Source: a phage | Assembly (NCBI GenBank): GCA_036253495.1 | Contig: GCA_036253495.1_4125.1 | DNA: 64,000 nt | Direction: 5' to 3' (one strand) | Shown: positions 52,098-62,578 of the stretch, one piece after another | Position numbering within the stretch: the first letter of the stretch is position 1 | How the letters are laid out: the number at the start of each line of letters is the position of its first letter | Made by a program: the position numbers and the translations under genes | The notes under the pieces: generated by a model | Told to the model about the DNA's origin: nothing | What the model saw: the letters and a program-made list of their open reading frames with translations, nothing else | The model's database searches: none

Positions 52098-52454
52098 ATG
52101 AGCAATGATTTTGCTATTCACAGTTTTTTCTACAAAAAGGTTGAGTTCTATTGTAATCTCGTTAAGGGTGATACCAATCATTCGTTGGACCAATATATTA
52201 AGTACACCTCAAATGGATTTTCTTTTATTGATTACGGTCGAGTGGGTGGTGGTGTTAATGAACCTCTACTGGACTATACAGAAATGGATGAGGCTACACT
52301 ATTTCAGGAATCATTAGTGTTCGATAAGAAATATATTTGTACACTAGATGAAGTTATTGGTATTCAGAATATCATGAAAGAACACTCTGCGAAGTGCATG
52401 ATAGAATTAACTCAAGATAAGCACAAGACTGTTCAGTACCATTTCAATCTTTAG
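52098..52454 (+). CDS. small protein, family C
   Basis: DEATLFQESLVFDK; SD AGAGG. Confidence 0.65.
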   Translation: MSNDFAIHSFFYKKVEFYCNLVKGDTNHSLDQYIKYTSNGFSFIDYGRVGGGVNEPLLDYTEMDEATLFQESLVFDKKYICTLDEVIGIQNIMKEHSAKCMIELTQDKHKTVQYHFNL

Positions 52455-52465
52455 GGGTCTTAACT

Positions 52466-52810
52466 ATGACATACAATGAATACCGTGAAATAGATCTTCT
52501 CCAGAATACATTATATGAAATTGAAGATTTAATGCACGGATGGACAAGTCTTTCTTTCTTTAATGAAATGTTCGAAGAAATAAAAGTAGTACTACAGAAA
52601 AAACATAATGGTACTAAAATTAAAATAAAGACTTTCACTGGAGAAGTCTGGTGCGGAGAAATTGTGAAATACATTATAACTCGCAATAACGCATCATTCT
52701 GTTTGAATACTGGTCATTACAGAAATCATTTCAACAATAGCAGTACTCAAATTATTTCCGAGGAAGAATACAATGAGCACTGTAATAAACTTCTTAAGAG
52801 TAGATTCTAA
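52466..52810 (+). CDS. hypothetical protein
   Basis: 114 aa; no clear family motif. Confidence 0.5.
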   Translation: MTYNEYREIDLLQNTLYEIEDLMHGWTSLSFFNEMFEEIKVVLQKKHNGTKIKIKTFTGEVWCGEIVKYIITRNNASFCLNTGHYRNHFNNSSTQIISEEEYNEHCNKLLKSRF

Positions 52811-53136
52811 TGAATACTAAAATATATGTTTCTTCAAGTACAATGGGAAGTGGTTTTACTTATACGTGCTTTTTTACTACATTGAATAAAACACCTATAT
52901 TGATTATTCGTGATTTCAATGAATGTAATATAGAGTACGTATCCAAAACAGATAAGCTTCCTAATTACATCGAATGCGAATACATGGAGAACTATGAAAG
53001 TTTTATATTTCAGGAATCATTAGTATGGGATAAAGAAATCGATTTCTTTATGTACCTTGCATTACAAAAGTACTACAGAGATAACAAGGACCAAATAGTT
53101 CGTTCTTGCATTTATTCTATTAATCTGGAGTACTGA
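52810..53136 (+). CDS. small protein, family C
   Basis: YESFIFQESLVWDK. Confidence 0.65.
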   Translation: MNTKIYVSSSTMGSGFTYTCFFTTLNKTPILIIRDFNECNIEYVSKTDKLPNYIECEYMENYESFIFQESLVWDKEIDFFMYLALQKYYRDNKDQIVRSCIYSINLEY

Positions 53137-53306
53137 TGCTTAAAAAAGAACAAATGGAATCATTAATGAATGCAGTTATTCGTCGTTTTGTTAAAGACAT
53201 TAGTCATAAAAACTGTATTACAAATGACAGGTACGGTATAGAATTGTATATAGCTAATATTCACATGGCGTACAGAGAATATATTAAGACACGTCACAGG
53301 GGTTGA
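53136..53306 (+). CDS. small hypothetical protein (56 aa, not in ORF track)
   Basis: MLKKEQMESLMNAVIRRF...KTRHRG; ends with same CACAGGGGTTGA junction as 53308-53790. Confidence 0.4.
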   Translation: MLKKEQMESLMNAVIRRFVKDISHKNCITNDRYGIELYIANIHMAYREYIKTRHRG

Positions 53307-53307
53307 A

Positions 53308-53790
53308 ATGAGTTTAGAAAGTGCATTGAAAGAAGCAAAGAAGATTCATGAGTACATGAATATGGCAAAAGAAGGTTCAGTTTACGGTATTTTCAAAGAC
53401 ACAAGTACTCAATATTATGTCTCTGATAACCTCATTGATAATGACTTCCCAGATACAGAAACGTGCGTACTAGATACCGACCCTAATGATTATGAATGTT
53501 TCATTGATATGCATAATGAGTACATGGTCTATGTTAATGATGGAGATATTACCATCTACAGTACTGTCCACGATACCGATGACATTATAATTCCGTGTGC
53601 AGTACTGGAAGGTCCGTGGGATAGTGAAGAGTATTACTTCCAACAAAGTACTGTATACAATGAAGAAGAACTTGATTGTATTGTAATTATGTGGTACTTT
53701 AAAAGTATTGGTTCTGAGAACTTCTATTTCGATTACAGATACGTAAAGAAAACTGTAGATAACGGTATTAATAAACTTCACAGGGGTTGA
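53308..53790 (+). CDS. small protein, family C
   Basis: MSLESALKEAKKIHEY...SEEYYFQQSTVYNE. Confidence 0.7.
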   Translation: MSLESALKEAKKIHEYMNMAKEGSVYGIFKDTSTQYYVSDNLIDNDFPDTETCVLDTDPNDYECFIDMHNEYMVYVNDGDITIYSTVHDTDDIIIPCAVLEGPWDSEEYYFQQSTVYNEEELDCIVIMWYFKSIGSENFYFDYRYVKKTVDNGINKLHRG

Positions 53791-53791
53791 A

Positions 53792-54235
53792 ATGAGTTTA
53801 GAAAGAGCACTAGAACTAGCCAACAAAATACATCACTTCCACGATAACATAAAAAGTGGGTTCTATGGTGATAAAGTAAGTGCATTTGGTAATGAGTATT
53901 ATCTATCAGGTATAAAGACATACTCTGCTGATATTTTACTTATGGGTCATGATAAAGACAATACTATACAGTACTCTTCATGTAGTCAATATACTAGTTT
54001 TATGGTATATATTCCAGGTACTAAGATTACTTTTGACACAACAAATACACCTGTTGACTTCGGGGTACTTGATGGCCCGTGGGGTACTGAAGAGTATTAC
54101 TTCCAACAGAGTCTCATTTTTAACCAAGAAATGCTTGATTCCTTGGTTGTGTTGTGGTACTTTAAGGAATTGAATTTTGAACCATTCTTTCTTGACTGGG
54201 GAGCATGTGAATATTTAAGTACAGGGGATTTGTAA
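53792..54235 (+). CDS. small protein, family C
   Basis: MSLERALELANKIHHF...TEEYYFQQSLIFNQ. Confidence 0.7.
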   Translation: MSLERALELANKIHHFHDNIKSGFYGDKVSAFGNEYYLSGIKTYSADILLMGHDKDNTIQYSSCSQYTSFMVYIPGTKITFDTTNTPVDFGVLDGPWGTEEYYFQQSLIFNQEMLDSLVVLWYFKELNFEPFFLDWGACEYLSTGDL

Positions 54236-54690
54236 TGTCGTTACAAAGTGCATTGAAAGAAGCAAAGAAGATTCATGAGTACATGATTAAGGTCAAAGGT
54301 GGAGAAATTCCAGGTATCTTCAAAATGTCAGAGACAGAATATTGCACGAAGAATATTGAGGATTTTGATGGTTCTGATACATTAGTACTGCAATGTGATG
54401 ATTATGATCATGATAATTGTGGTTATAACCCTTTGTACTACTTTATCAATTACTACCCAGGGTCAGATATAACCGTATACAACCCTGATTATTATGGTAA
54501 AGATTTGACAATTCCGTTTTCAGTACTGGATGGTCCGTGGGATAGTGAAGAGTATTACTTTCAGCAAAGTACTGTATATACTGAACATGAACTCGATACT
54601 CTGGTCATTATGTGGTACTTTAAAAGTATAGATTCAACATGTTTCTATATGGATTATGAATACATAGAGACACAGAAATATAAGAGGTAA
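54235..54690 (+). CDS. small protein, family C
   Basis: MSLQSALKEAKKIHEY...SEEYYFQQSTVYTE. Confidence 0.7.
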   Translation: MSLQSALKEAKKIHEYMIKVKGGEIPGIFKMSETEYCTKNIEDFDGSDTLVLQCDDYDHDNCGYNPLYYFINYYPGSDITVYNPDYYGKDLTIPFSVLDGPWDSEEYYFQQSTVYTEHELDTLVIMWYFKSIDSTCFYMDYEYIETQKYKR

Positions 54691-54695
54691 TTGTA

Positions 54696-55142
54696 ATGTT
54701 TTTTTATTATTATGAAGTAAATGATAAGTTGGTTCAGGATATTGTACAAATAATCAAGTACTTCAATGATAATCCTAACGTATTGGGTAGTGAGCTTGAA
54801 TACGAGAAAGGTGGGTGTGTATATTTTACTTTCTGTGGTGGGTGCTCGGAAGAGCAATCATTTTTCAATTCTTATTCAAATTACATCTCCTATAATGCAC
54901 TTGCAGACGAGTTGATTGTGGTACGTGACAGTAGTGATGACCGTACAGTGTATACCAGAGAGACAATACAAAGTGTAGGTAATGAAGAAGGATACTTTCA
55001 ATTGAGTACAGTACTTAATCATGAAGAACTACATGTATTACGTTTGTTTTATCTTATTAGTACTATGAACTTGAAGCACGATCAGGTATACATTGATTTA
55101 GATTACTTTGAGTACTTACGTAAGATTAGTTCTAAAAAATAA
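54696..55142 (+). CDS. small protein, family C
   Basis: NEEGYFQLSTVLNH. Confidence 0.65.
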   Translation: MFFYYYEVNDKLVQDIVQIIKYFNDNPNVLGSELEYEKGGCVYFTFCGGCSEEQSFFNSYSNYISYNALADELIVVRDSSDDRTVYTRETIQSVGNEEGYFQLSTVLNHEELHVLRLFYLISTMNLKHDQVYIDLDYFEYLRKISSKK

Positions 55143-55152
55143 GTTCATGCTA

Positions 55153-55180
55153 TTGACAAGAGCCTGTACTGTGTTACAAT
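55153..55180 (+). promoter_or_regulatory. internal promoter
   Basis: TTGACA-16-TACAAT. Confidence 0.5.
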
Positions 55181-55214
55181 GCACAGTAATATTAATTCAA
55201 AAGGTGCACATTAA

Positions 55215-55748
55215 ATGATTATTGATGCTTACAATGCTGAGGAAATGCAGGAATTATCTCGTAAAATCAACATTATAGTTCCTTTGCTTAAGGATTGCAG
55301 TACTGGTTTGATTCCATCACGAGACATTATTAAAGAAGGATACTACCTACAGGCAGTCTATAAGGGTGGTACATTTCATCGTTGTCGTGTATTACGTGAT
55401 GGCCTTCCTGCACTTACACTCATTGGTATTGGTATTGCCTTATGCGGTACGAACCGTTTGTACTTGAATGAAAAAAATCAAATCATGAATTTGTTTTATA
55501 CAGGAAAAAGTACTGAATTATATTTTGGTATTCAGAACTGGTGGGATACAGTAAAGAGTAGTACTATTGAAATCCCAAAATACAATTACAACGCATTTGA
55601 AGAGCAGATGTTTCAATTGTCATGTACAGATGACATGTACATGATTCTACGTCTATATATGGAGATGCAAATGAACTTCAGAAGTAATTTATACATTGAT
55701 ACTTCAACATTTGAATTCGAAGATGTATTCGTTGATGGTATACTATGA
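55215..55748 (+). CDS. small protein, family C (divergent)
   Basis: FEEQMFQLSCTDD; promoter TTGACA/TACAAT upstream. Confidence 0.6.
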   Translation: MIIDAYNAEEMQELSRKINIIVPLLKDCSTGLIPSRDIIKEGYYLQAVYKGGTFHRCRVLRDGLPALTLIGIGIALCGTNRLYLNEKNQIMNLFYTGKSTELYFGIQNWWDTVKSSTIEIPKYNYNAFEEQMFQLSCTDDMYMILRLYMEMQMNFRSNLYIDTSTFEFEDVFVDGIL

Positions 55749-55972
55749 AGTATATTCCAAAACACCAGTACTACAGGATGTGTTCTGACATTTACACAAA
55801 ATGGAATACATTTCATCCCCTTTTGAAGAAGAGGCGTCCATATCATGATTACAAGTTGAATCATTTTCTTGGAACTAATTATCAAGAGGTTGTGATGAAA
55901 GATTACATTTTTAACCTTCAGAAATTAATTCAGAATAAAGTTCAAGGAAAGGGGGAGTCACCGTGGGTATAA
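55745..55972 (+). CDS. small protein, family B-like inside family C array
   Basis: HFLGTNYQEVVMKDYIFNL. Confidence 0.55.
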   Translation: MKYIPKHQYYRMCSDIYTKWNTFHPLLKKRRPYHDYKLNHFLGTNYQEVVMKDYIFNLQKLIQNKVQGKGESPWV

Positions 55973-56169
55973 GACACAGAGACATGCAAGATATTCTTAA
56001 CCAATACAGTGCTCAAATGTTCACTGCAATCAGGTCTTCCAATCAAAATGACGTGTCGGAATTACAGTTACTGATGTACATAGGGACACAATACCAGGAG
56101 GCTTCAGTTGAGACGTATATTAAGTACCTATTGGGTATTATAAGGATGAAAAATGGACAATACTTTTGA
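55963..56169 (+). CDS. small protein, family B-like inside family C array
   Basis: MYIGTQYQEASVETYIKYL. Confidence 0.55.
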   Translation: MGIRHRDMQDILNQYSAQMFTAIRSSNQNDVSELQLLMYIGTQYQEASVETYIKYLLGIIRMKNGQYF

Positions 56170-56389
56170 ACAAGCACCAGCATCGGATTTTAGTTATGGG
56201 TTTATTATAGATATATTTTCTGGTACTGAAGAATCGGATATACCTCTCTATATCTTTGCTAATATGCGTTATATTTTTCGTATTGCAGAGGACAGTGACA
56301 AATCTGATATGTCTTTTATGATTAAAAAAATTATATACCTATCGTGCTATGAATATATGAATAAAATGAGCGAACACTATGACCTATGA
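56153..56389 (+). CDS. small hypothetical protein
   Basis: 78 aa; coupled. Confidence 0.45.
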   Translation: MDNTFEQAPASDFSYGFIIDIFSGTEESDIPLYIFANMRYIFRIAEDSDKSDMSFMIKKIIYLSCYEYMNKMSEHYDL

Positions 56390-56927
56390 TGAGATAATTT
56401 CTTTTGCAAATAAGTTAAGTACACTAACCAAATTGACGGAAGTAGTACTGCAAGATGAGCGTATACTTTCTAGGAGTGAGCTAATTGTTTCACAACACGA
56501 TTACATGACGTATATGTCTTTCAGATCGTCAGGCCGAACAATTATTAAGTTCGGTTCTGTTCCTGAAACAAATGGAAAATTATCTATGTGCACCCATAAC
56601 AATGGGGAATTGTATGGATTAGTGTACAGAAAAGATTCGACAGTACTGAATACTTTTAATGCAGGTGCGAGTGCAGTTGATGTTACATCATTAAGCGATG
56701 TTGACAAACACATAGATTTACCACACCTTGAAATTAATGAAGAAAGTGTTTTTCAGTTAAGTACAGTGTACAATGATATTGAAGTGTTTGGTATTTCTTT
56801 GTGGAATATCCTTCGTTTAAGGGATGATGCTCCTGTATTTGTATATGCAAATTATGAAGACATTGATACTTGTATTGATGAAATGGAGAAATACATTGAT
56901 CAATTTAAACAAAACTTCCACATTTGA
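56379..56927 (+). CDS. small protein, family C
   Basis: NEESVFQLSTVYND. Confidence 0.65.
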   Translation: MTYDEIISFANKLSTLTKLTEVVLQDERILSRSELIVSQHDYMTYMSFRSSGRTIIKFGSVPETNGKLSMCTHNNGELYGLVYRKDSTVLNTFNAGASAVDVTSLSDVDKHIDLPHLEINEESVFQLSTVYNDIEVFGISLWNILRLRDDAPVFVYANYEDIDTCIDEMEKYIDQFKQNFHI

Positions 56928-57474
56928 TATTCACGAGAAAGCTAAGCTACTCATCAGTACTGCTGAATATTATTACGATACAGTACTGAGTCAATCACCT
57001 TCTACATTTCGTGATTTAGTTAAATCATTTAATAAAACACAAAAAGAATGTGAGCTTTCATATAATGGTGTGAACTTTATGTATATTAAACCATATATGT
57101 CAAAGCGTGATTTGATTAAATGCAATGATGATTTCAAGATTGATCGTGATTTAAATCGTTTCTTCTACGATGTAAGAAGCAATCTGTATCAACTTACATT
57201 AAATTCCAGTACTTCTTTCATTATTGGATTGGGTAAGAATTTAGGCACAGGTACTTCATTTTATAATAAAGGTGCAGTACAAGATGTGGATCTCAATCCA
57301 AGTACTGATGTTGCATTCCAACAGGATTTGATTATGAATGTGGATTCAGCATCAGTATACAGTTCTAATGTTCTGTGTAAGGAATTTCAGAATTCCAAAA
57401 TTCTTGAGTTATTGTACATTGCGGATTGCAATATACTGTACAAATTTTGTACTCATCTGAAGGAGATTTTATGA
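56824..57474 (+). CDS. hypothetical protein, family C-like (start uncertain)
   Basis: TDVAFQQDLIMNVD; track start overlaps upstream gene by ~100 nt, true start probably internal. Confidence 0.5.
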   Translation: MMLLYLYMQIMKTLILVLMKWRNTLINLNKTSTFDIHEKAKLLISTAEYYYDTVLSQSPSTFRDLVKSFNKTQKECELSYNGVNFMYIKPYMSKRDLIKCNDDFKIDRDLNRFFYDVRSNLYQLTLNSSTSFIIGLGKNLGTGTSFYNKGAVQDVDLNPSTDVAFQQDLIMNVDSASVYSSNVLCKEFQNSKILELLYIADCNILYKFCTHLKEIL

Positions 57475-57839
57475 AAAAAGAAATTAGAATCCAATTCGGT
57501 ATGAGGAAAAAAGAGGTCATTTGTACACTGAATCATGAGGTCGTGGAAAGGTTTGATGCATTACAAAAATTCTCCCATTTTGTTCTTGTACTATATGAAA
57601 ATGGGTCTTTTAAAATCTTCACATATGATGATTCAAAAAATTATCGTAATGATTTTGTAAATCTTACAGTACTGTCAGAAGAGGAATTCTTTCAGGAAAG
57701 TACAGTTTGGGATTTACCAGGAGCACCAATTGAATACGTCCGTGCTACACAGGTAGAGATGATCAAAGCAATGCAGAACTATCCAGAAGATCATATGACT
57801 AAGTTTCCTGAATCTATTCATGTAGAGGTTGAGTACTGA
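57471..57839 (+). CDS. small protein, family C
   Basis: from MKKEIRIQFG with SD AAGGAG; SEEEFFQESTVWD; track start 57426 rejected. Confidence 0.65.
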   Translation: MKKEIRIQFGMRKKEVICTLNHEVVERFDALQKFSHFVLVLYENGSFKIFTYDDSKNYRNDFVNLTVLSEEEFFQESTVWDLPGAPIEYVRATQVEMIKAMQNYPEDHMTKFPESIHVEVEY

Positions 57840-58177
57840 TGGATTTAGTAAAAGTTACTATAGCCAAACATCAGTACTATGTAATGATTGAGTTAGGTTA
57901 TAACCACAAGAAAGAACATTTTTATTATCTTACATATGAAAAGAATATGTTCAAGATAATCACTAATAATTTAGCACGAGATGTATATCATATTTTTGAT
58001 TACAGTGATTATAGTGAAGAAGAGTTATTTCAGGAATCATTAGTATGGGAGTACAATAGAATTGTAGATATTGAAAAGTTAATTAAGTATCAACAACTAA
58101 TGAAAGATATAATGAATAACTATCCATGTAAACTACAAAGAGAACTGGAATTTATTGTCCAATACAAAGAGGTTTAA
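57839..58177 (+). CDS. small protein, family C
   Basis: SEEELFQESLVWEY. Confidence 0.65.
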   Translation: MDLVKVTIAKHQYYVMIELGYNHKKEHFYYLTYEKNMFKIITNNLARDVYHIFDYSDYSEEELFQESLVWEYNRIVDIEKLIKYQQLMKDIMNNYPCKLQRELEFIVQYKEV

Positions 58178-58179
58178 TT

Positions 58180-58716
58180 ATGTTAGATTATGACAGAATA
58201 GAGAAAGATGATTGGGACGGTACTCACCATTTAAAGGTTGACACTTTTGAACACGCTCGCAGTACTGCTCAAGATCTTATGCAAATCCATGAGTTCATTT
58301 GTAATAACAGAGAGACTTCTATTTGGACAAAATCTGACAGATTTATTGATTCAAGTTATGATTACTTCAGTATTCGTTCAAATCATCTAGATGATGACGG
58401 GTACAGTGTTGATATGTTCAATATCAACAAATTTAATGACCCTGAATATGATCCAAAATACAGCGGTGGATTTTTAAGTTATTCCCCTAACTATGACAGA
58501 ATAAAGTTCTTTTACGTAGATACTGACATTGTTCTTCCATTTATCGAAGAAGAACTTACAGAAGAACTGTTCTTTCAGATGAGTACTGTTGACGACCCGT
58601 ACATAGTTGGTGTACAATTCATGTTCTCTTGGCTTAAACAGAATAACTTCCCTCCTTTTTATGTTGACCTTACTTTTTACGATCTAATTTGGAATTTTGT
58701 TCGTAATCCATCTTGA
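58180..58716 (+). CDS. small protein, family C
   Basis: TEELFFQMSTVDDP. Confidence 0.65.
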   Translation: MLDYDRIEKDDWDGTHHLKVDTFEHARSTAQDLMQIHEFICNNRETSIWTKSDRFIDSSYDYFSIRSNHLDDDGYSVDMFNINKFNDPEYDPKYSGGFLSYSPNYDRIKFFYVDTDIVLPFIEEELTEELFFQMSTVDDPYIVGVQFMFSWLKQNNFPPFYVDLTFYDLIWNFVRNPS

Positions 58717-58741
58717 CACCTCCTTCTGTGCATGATATAAT
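58713..58741 (+). promoter_or_regulatory. internal promoter
   Basis: TTGACA-17-TATAAT. Confidence 0.55.
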
Positions 58742-58772
58742 CTTTTTCATCTAATACGAAAAGGATCATATC

Positions 58773-59279
58773 ATGCAATTCAATCCTGAACTCTCATACA
58801 GTAATGCTATAACTTTTGCAGACAATTTAATTCGCATTCATAACTTTTTAAGAGATGTTGAAACTAATTTTGACGTTACATATGTGGACCCCAAAAGTGG
58901 TGAAATGTTTACCGATACAGTACAGGTATCCAGTATCCTGTCATTTCGTATGCATATGTTATACAGCAAAGTTGAAGCACATAATAATGTCAGAATTCTT
59001 GGTTCGTCATTCTTTGGATTCAATGCGAAAGCGAAAGGTACTCTTCGTTTTTATAAAGAATTTTTGGAGTACGAAGATATAGAATATATAGATCTCATTG
59101 ATATCAATGATGAGTGTGAATACTTTCAGTACTGCACAATCTATTCAGAAGATGTGGTTTTTGCATTAACTGCAATATCTGAATTGCATAAAAAATTACC
59201 ACCAGATGCCCAATTTTACTTTGACCTTAGTGATTATGATATCATGTTGGATCATATTAATCGTGTAGGAGAATTGTAA
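58773..59279 (+). CDS. small protein, family C
   Basis: DECEYFQYCTIYSE; promoter TTGACA/TATAAT upstream. Confidence 0.65.
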   Translation: MQFNPELSYSNAITFADNLIRIHNFLRDVETNFDVTYVDPKSGEMFTDTVQVSSILSFRMHMLYSKVEAHNNVRILGSSFFGFNAKAKGTLRFYKEFLEYEDIEYIDLIDINDECEYFQYCTIYSEDVVFALTAISELHKKLPPDAQFYFDLSDYDIMLDHINRVGEL

Positions 59280-59782
59280 TGCCTGATATTAGTAAACTTA
59301 ATTACGATGAGATTGAACAGTACGCAAAAGATATCTACGAAATCTATGATGAATTCAAGAACAATACTACAGCATTTGGTTCAATGTATTCTCGAAAAAA
59401 GAGTCTTAACAGGGATAGGAAAAGTTGTTTAACATATACACAGAAATCGGGCGAAATGATGGAAATCTTCTGTGAATCATTTGATGATAGTGAATATAGT
59501 GTAGGCATGAATTACCTATCTTACTCAAAAAAAGGTGAAGTTGTAGTAGATTTACGTCTTGAAAATGGTCGTAATAGAAAGAGTAGTATCAATGAAGAAG
59601 ATGTAAAACTAATTTCTGAAGAAGATTACTTTCAGTTAAGTACTACTATGAATATGTTGGTATTGAGTGTCATAACACTCTACGGTTTCCTTCGATATAA
59701 GCATGAAATTGAAACTGACTTCTATTTTGATTTGAATGATTTTGAAGTATGCAAGGGATATCTAAATGGGAAAAGTAGTTGA
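59279..59782 (+). CDS. small protein, family C
   Basis: SEEDYFQLSTTMN. Confidence 0.65.
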   Translation: MPDISKLNYDEIEQYAKDIYEIYDEFKNNTTAFGSMYSRKKSLNRDRKSCLTYTQKSGEMMEIFCESFDDSEYSVGMNYLSYSKKGEVVVDLRLENGRNRKSSINEEDVKLISEEDYFQLSTTMNMLVLSVITLYGFLRYKHEIETDFYFDLNDFEVCKGYLNGKSS

Positions 59783-60104
59783 TATTGAGTACATGCACGA
59801 TGGTGATGAAATTTTCATTGTCCAAAAAGAATGCAAGGCTGGACATTGGGTTATCTTCTCTGTAGAAGAGGATGAATCCATTGTATCTTTTATTTCTACT
59901 AAACACAAAGATACGAATTTAGAACTTCTTTACAATTTAAGTGAAGAAGAACTATTTCAAATGAGCACTGCATTTGAATATGATGTATACGAATTATTAG
60001 ATGTACAGAATATTTTGTTGGAGTCTCTTCAGAAACTAAAACACAAAGATTTATTTCTGGTTAAATCATTTATGATGCACAAATATACACTTGAGGTGGA
60101 TTAA
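59766..60104 (+). CDS. small protein, family C
   Basis: SEEELFQMSTAFEYD. Confidence 0.6.
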   Translation: MGKVVDIEYMHDGDEIFIVQKECKAGHWVIFSVEEDESIVSFISTKHKDTNLELLYNLSEEELFQMSTAFEYDVYELLDVQNILLESLQKLKHKDLFLVKSFMMHKYTLEVD

Positions 60105-60535
60105 TGTATTTTGAAATTATAAAAGTTAAATCAAAGGCGTTACTTAATACAAGATTTCAAACGTATGGTTGCACTCATAGTGTAATGCTGGATGATAATA
60201 ACGAATTGTATTATTCTAAAGTAACACAACCAGTACCGGAGAATAAATTCTATATCTATTCTCACAAAGATAACTCACAATATGACATTGAGAATCTCGC
60301 TGTAATGCCACCTGACGAGCTATTTCAGTACAGCTTAGTATGTCCTTACCGTGGTGATATTGACCTTCTCAAGAAGATTCAGGAGGGTTTAATGGACTTT
60401 GTGCCTAAGTCTAGCCCTGAATATTTTTCAACTAATGTAGAGTTTTTAAAGATCGAAAGAGAAATTCCTGATTATATGCTTAGTGATGATGAGTTCTACG
60501 ATAAGCATTTCCCAGGAAAAAAATGGAGAGATTAA
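60104..60535 (+). CDS. small protein, family C
   Basis: PPDELFQYSLVCPY. Confidence 0.65.
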   Translation: MYFEIIKVKSKALLNTRFQTYGCTHSVMLDDNNELYYSKVTQPVPENKFYIYSHKDNSQYDIENLAVMPPDELFQYSLVCPYRGDIDLLKKIQEGLMDFVPKSSPEYFSTNVEFLKIEREIPDYMLSDDEFYDKHFPGKKWRD

Positions 60536-61005
60536 TGACATTCCAGGAAGATATTGATTTTGCAAAAAAGATTTACAAAATTCATCTTATAATGGAAAGT
60601 ACTGAGTTCCAAAAGCGTTCATATGTCGATAAGATTAAAAGCTGTGATAAAAGTTCATTTGTCATAAAACTACCAACATTCAAATCCAAAAGAGAGGCCA
60701 TCTACGCTACGATTTATGATGATTCAGAATACAATCTAATGGATTTGTACATGACCTTTACCCCAGGGAATACACTTGTATGTTACTTCCAATGGGAGGA
60801 AGAGACAATTGTACTTGATAATATAAGTTCTTATAAGCCCACTGAAGAGACGCACTTTCAGTTATCTTTGATCTATACAGAAGAAACGGTTCGTGCTATA
60901 ATGTTGTATTCATATCTCAATAGTGTAAATGCCAGTGCTTTCTATCTGGATTTAGTACATCTTGAACTTATTGAGGAATTACTTGCAGAGGAACTTTCTC
61001 TATGA
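60523..61005 (+). CDS. small protein, family C
   Basis: TEETHFQLSLIYTE. Confidence 0.6.
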   Translation: MERLMTFQEDIDFAKKIYKIHLIMESTEFQKRSYVDKIKSCDKSSFVIKLPTFKSKREAIYATIYDDSEYNLMDLYMTFTPGNTLVCYFQWEEETIVLDNISSYKPTEETHFQLSLIYTEETVRAIMLYSYLNSVNASAFYLDLVHLELIEELLAEELSL

Positions 61006-61472
61006 TAGAATCCGACGAGTTAGTACTGGATGGTCACGTTATCCGATACGATTCATTTGCGGCGTGTATTGATTTTGCAAAGATTTTGATGAAGATTTAT
61101 CATGCTGGTAATAATGGTAAATTTGACAAAGTGTTTGAAAAATCATTTACTCATAATGCATGGTATTACGCTGGTACTGAAGTTTTAAACATAGGGGAAT
61201 CAGTGTGTGATAATGAATCATTCATGAGCTTTGATTACTATTATATTCAGTACCATTCATACCTTGATAAAATTTGTGTTCATGACAGTGATTTTAAAGT
61301 ATTACCTTCATATATTGAAATATGTAATGAAGAGATGTACTTTCAAAACTCATTATTATATACAAGTAATATACTTTTACTATCTGTGATTGTAACATAC
61401 TTAAGAAGCGAAGGACTTAATTCCTTTTATATTGATTTGGATTTCTTTAATACATTTTTGGAACATTTATAA
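61002..61472 (+). CDS. small protein, family C
   Basis: NEEMYFQNSLLYTS. Confidence 0.65.
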   Translation: MIESDELVLDGHVIRYDSFAACIDFAKILMKIYHAGNNGKFDKVFEKSFTHNAWYYAGTEVLNIGESVCDNESFMSFDYYYIQYHSYLDKICVHDSDFKVLPSYIEICNEEMYFQNSLLYTSNILLLSVIVTYLRSEGLNSFYIDLDFFNTFLEHL

Positions 61473-61481
61473 AGGTGCTAT

Positions 61482-61988
61482 ATGTCGAGGAAACTATCAG
61501 AACTAATAAAGTTCGCAAAGGATTGTCTTGATACAATAACTTATTTGTACGTTAATGAAGTTAATTTGCATAGATATTTCGCTATCCATCACAGTACTGA
61601 ATCGTCTTTCAATATTCGTCACGGTGCTCATAGTATATATTTTCATACTAAAGCTGAAGATCGTCTGGCTCATTCTATGTTTGAGAAAGGTAAAACGGAC
61701 TATATTCTATTTCGTTCAGATGGTTCTGATATAAAATATATTTCACACCAAAGAGGAAAAGCCCAATTTATTAATCATATACTTCCGTACATTACGGATT
61801 TAACGGATGAAAATTATTTCCAAAATTCATTAATTTACAATGACTCTGAACTTAAAGCTATGTTTATTCTATCGTACTTTAAAAAATATAGTGAGTTTCA
61901 GAGAATTAGTTTTGAATTTGCTTCAATGAAGCACTTTATTAAACAGGTAAGGATTTTAAAAAATGCTGACAAACGAAACAATAGATAA
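61482..61988 (+). CDS. small protein, family C
   Basis: TDENYFQNSLIYND. Confidence 0.65.
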   Translation: MSRKLSELIKFAKDCLDTITYLYVNEVNLHRYFAIHHSTESSFNIRHGAHSIYFHTKAEDRLAHSMFEKGKTDYILFRSDGSDIKYISHQRGKAQFINHILPYITDLTDENYFQNSLIYNDSELKAMFILSYFKKYSEFQRISFEFASMKHFIKQVRILKNADKRNNR

Positions 61989-62574
61989 AATTAGTCAGAT
62001 AAGTTTAGAACTAATTCGTATTCATGAATTTGCATGGCGTCTAACAAATCGTGTTATTTCATTTCATACCAGTACTGACCAAAATTCTACATACAAATTT
62101 GACCGTGGTGACAAATGGTTTGATTTAATGGATGAAAATGATAAATGTATCATCTGCGTAAGAACTGAATTGACCGACCGCAACAGTGCAAGAGATTTAG
62201 ATATATATATGCCCAGTTCTTATATTTGTATCTCAAGAAGCGATGGTATTTTTATTAGTTCATCTGGACTTAATTATCTTAATAAAGTCTACATTGATAT
62301 GGATGAAGAAGAATACTATGTCACAACACATGAACCTGAATTTCTGGATATTCCAGATGATGATGTACTCGACGAAACATTGTTTCAGTACTCATTAATT
62401 CACAACGCCTGTGTTATTGATGCTATTAAATTTTGTAAAAATCTATCCCCTAAATTACCATTAACAAAGTATATCAAATTAGAACCTGAAATATTCAAAG
62501 AACAGGACTGGGATGGGTTATTACTTAAATTAAAAAGTATTACTGAAGAAAACATATGTACAATTGAGGATTAA
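61963..62574 (+). CDS. small protein, family C
   Basis: LDETLFQYSLIHNA; start overlaps upstream gene. Confidence 0.6.
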   Translation: MLTNETIDKISQISLELIRIHEFAWRLTNRVISFHTSTDQNSTYKFDRGDKWFDLMDENDKCIICVRTELTDRNSARDLDIYMPSSYICISRSDGIFISSSGLNYLNKVYIDMDEEEYYVTTHEPEFLDIPDDDVLDETLFQYSLIHNACVIDAIKFCKNLSPKLPLTKYIKLEPEIFKEQDWDGLLLKLKSITEENICTIED

Positions 62575-62578
62575 TTGA

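Noticed and set aside
15390-59906. Minus-strand track ORFs within plus-strand arrays and the early region (e.g. 15390-15599, 16148-16429, 16568-16942, 25106-25598, 26629-27036, 28325-28986, 29513-29861, 35379-35639, 37044-37507, 38971-39192, 40901-41125, 45525-45767, 49172-49519, 53470-53826, 59670-59906) and plus ORFs 36427-36639, 52105-52317, 53949-54173, 58855-59082
   Set aside because: Antisense or alternative-frame overlaps of better-supported genes or of promoter/leader cassettes; no expression signals.
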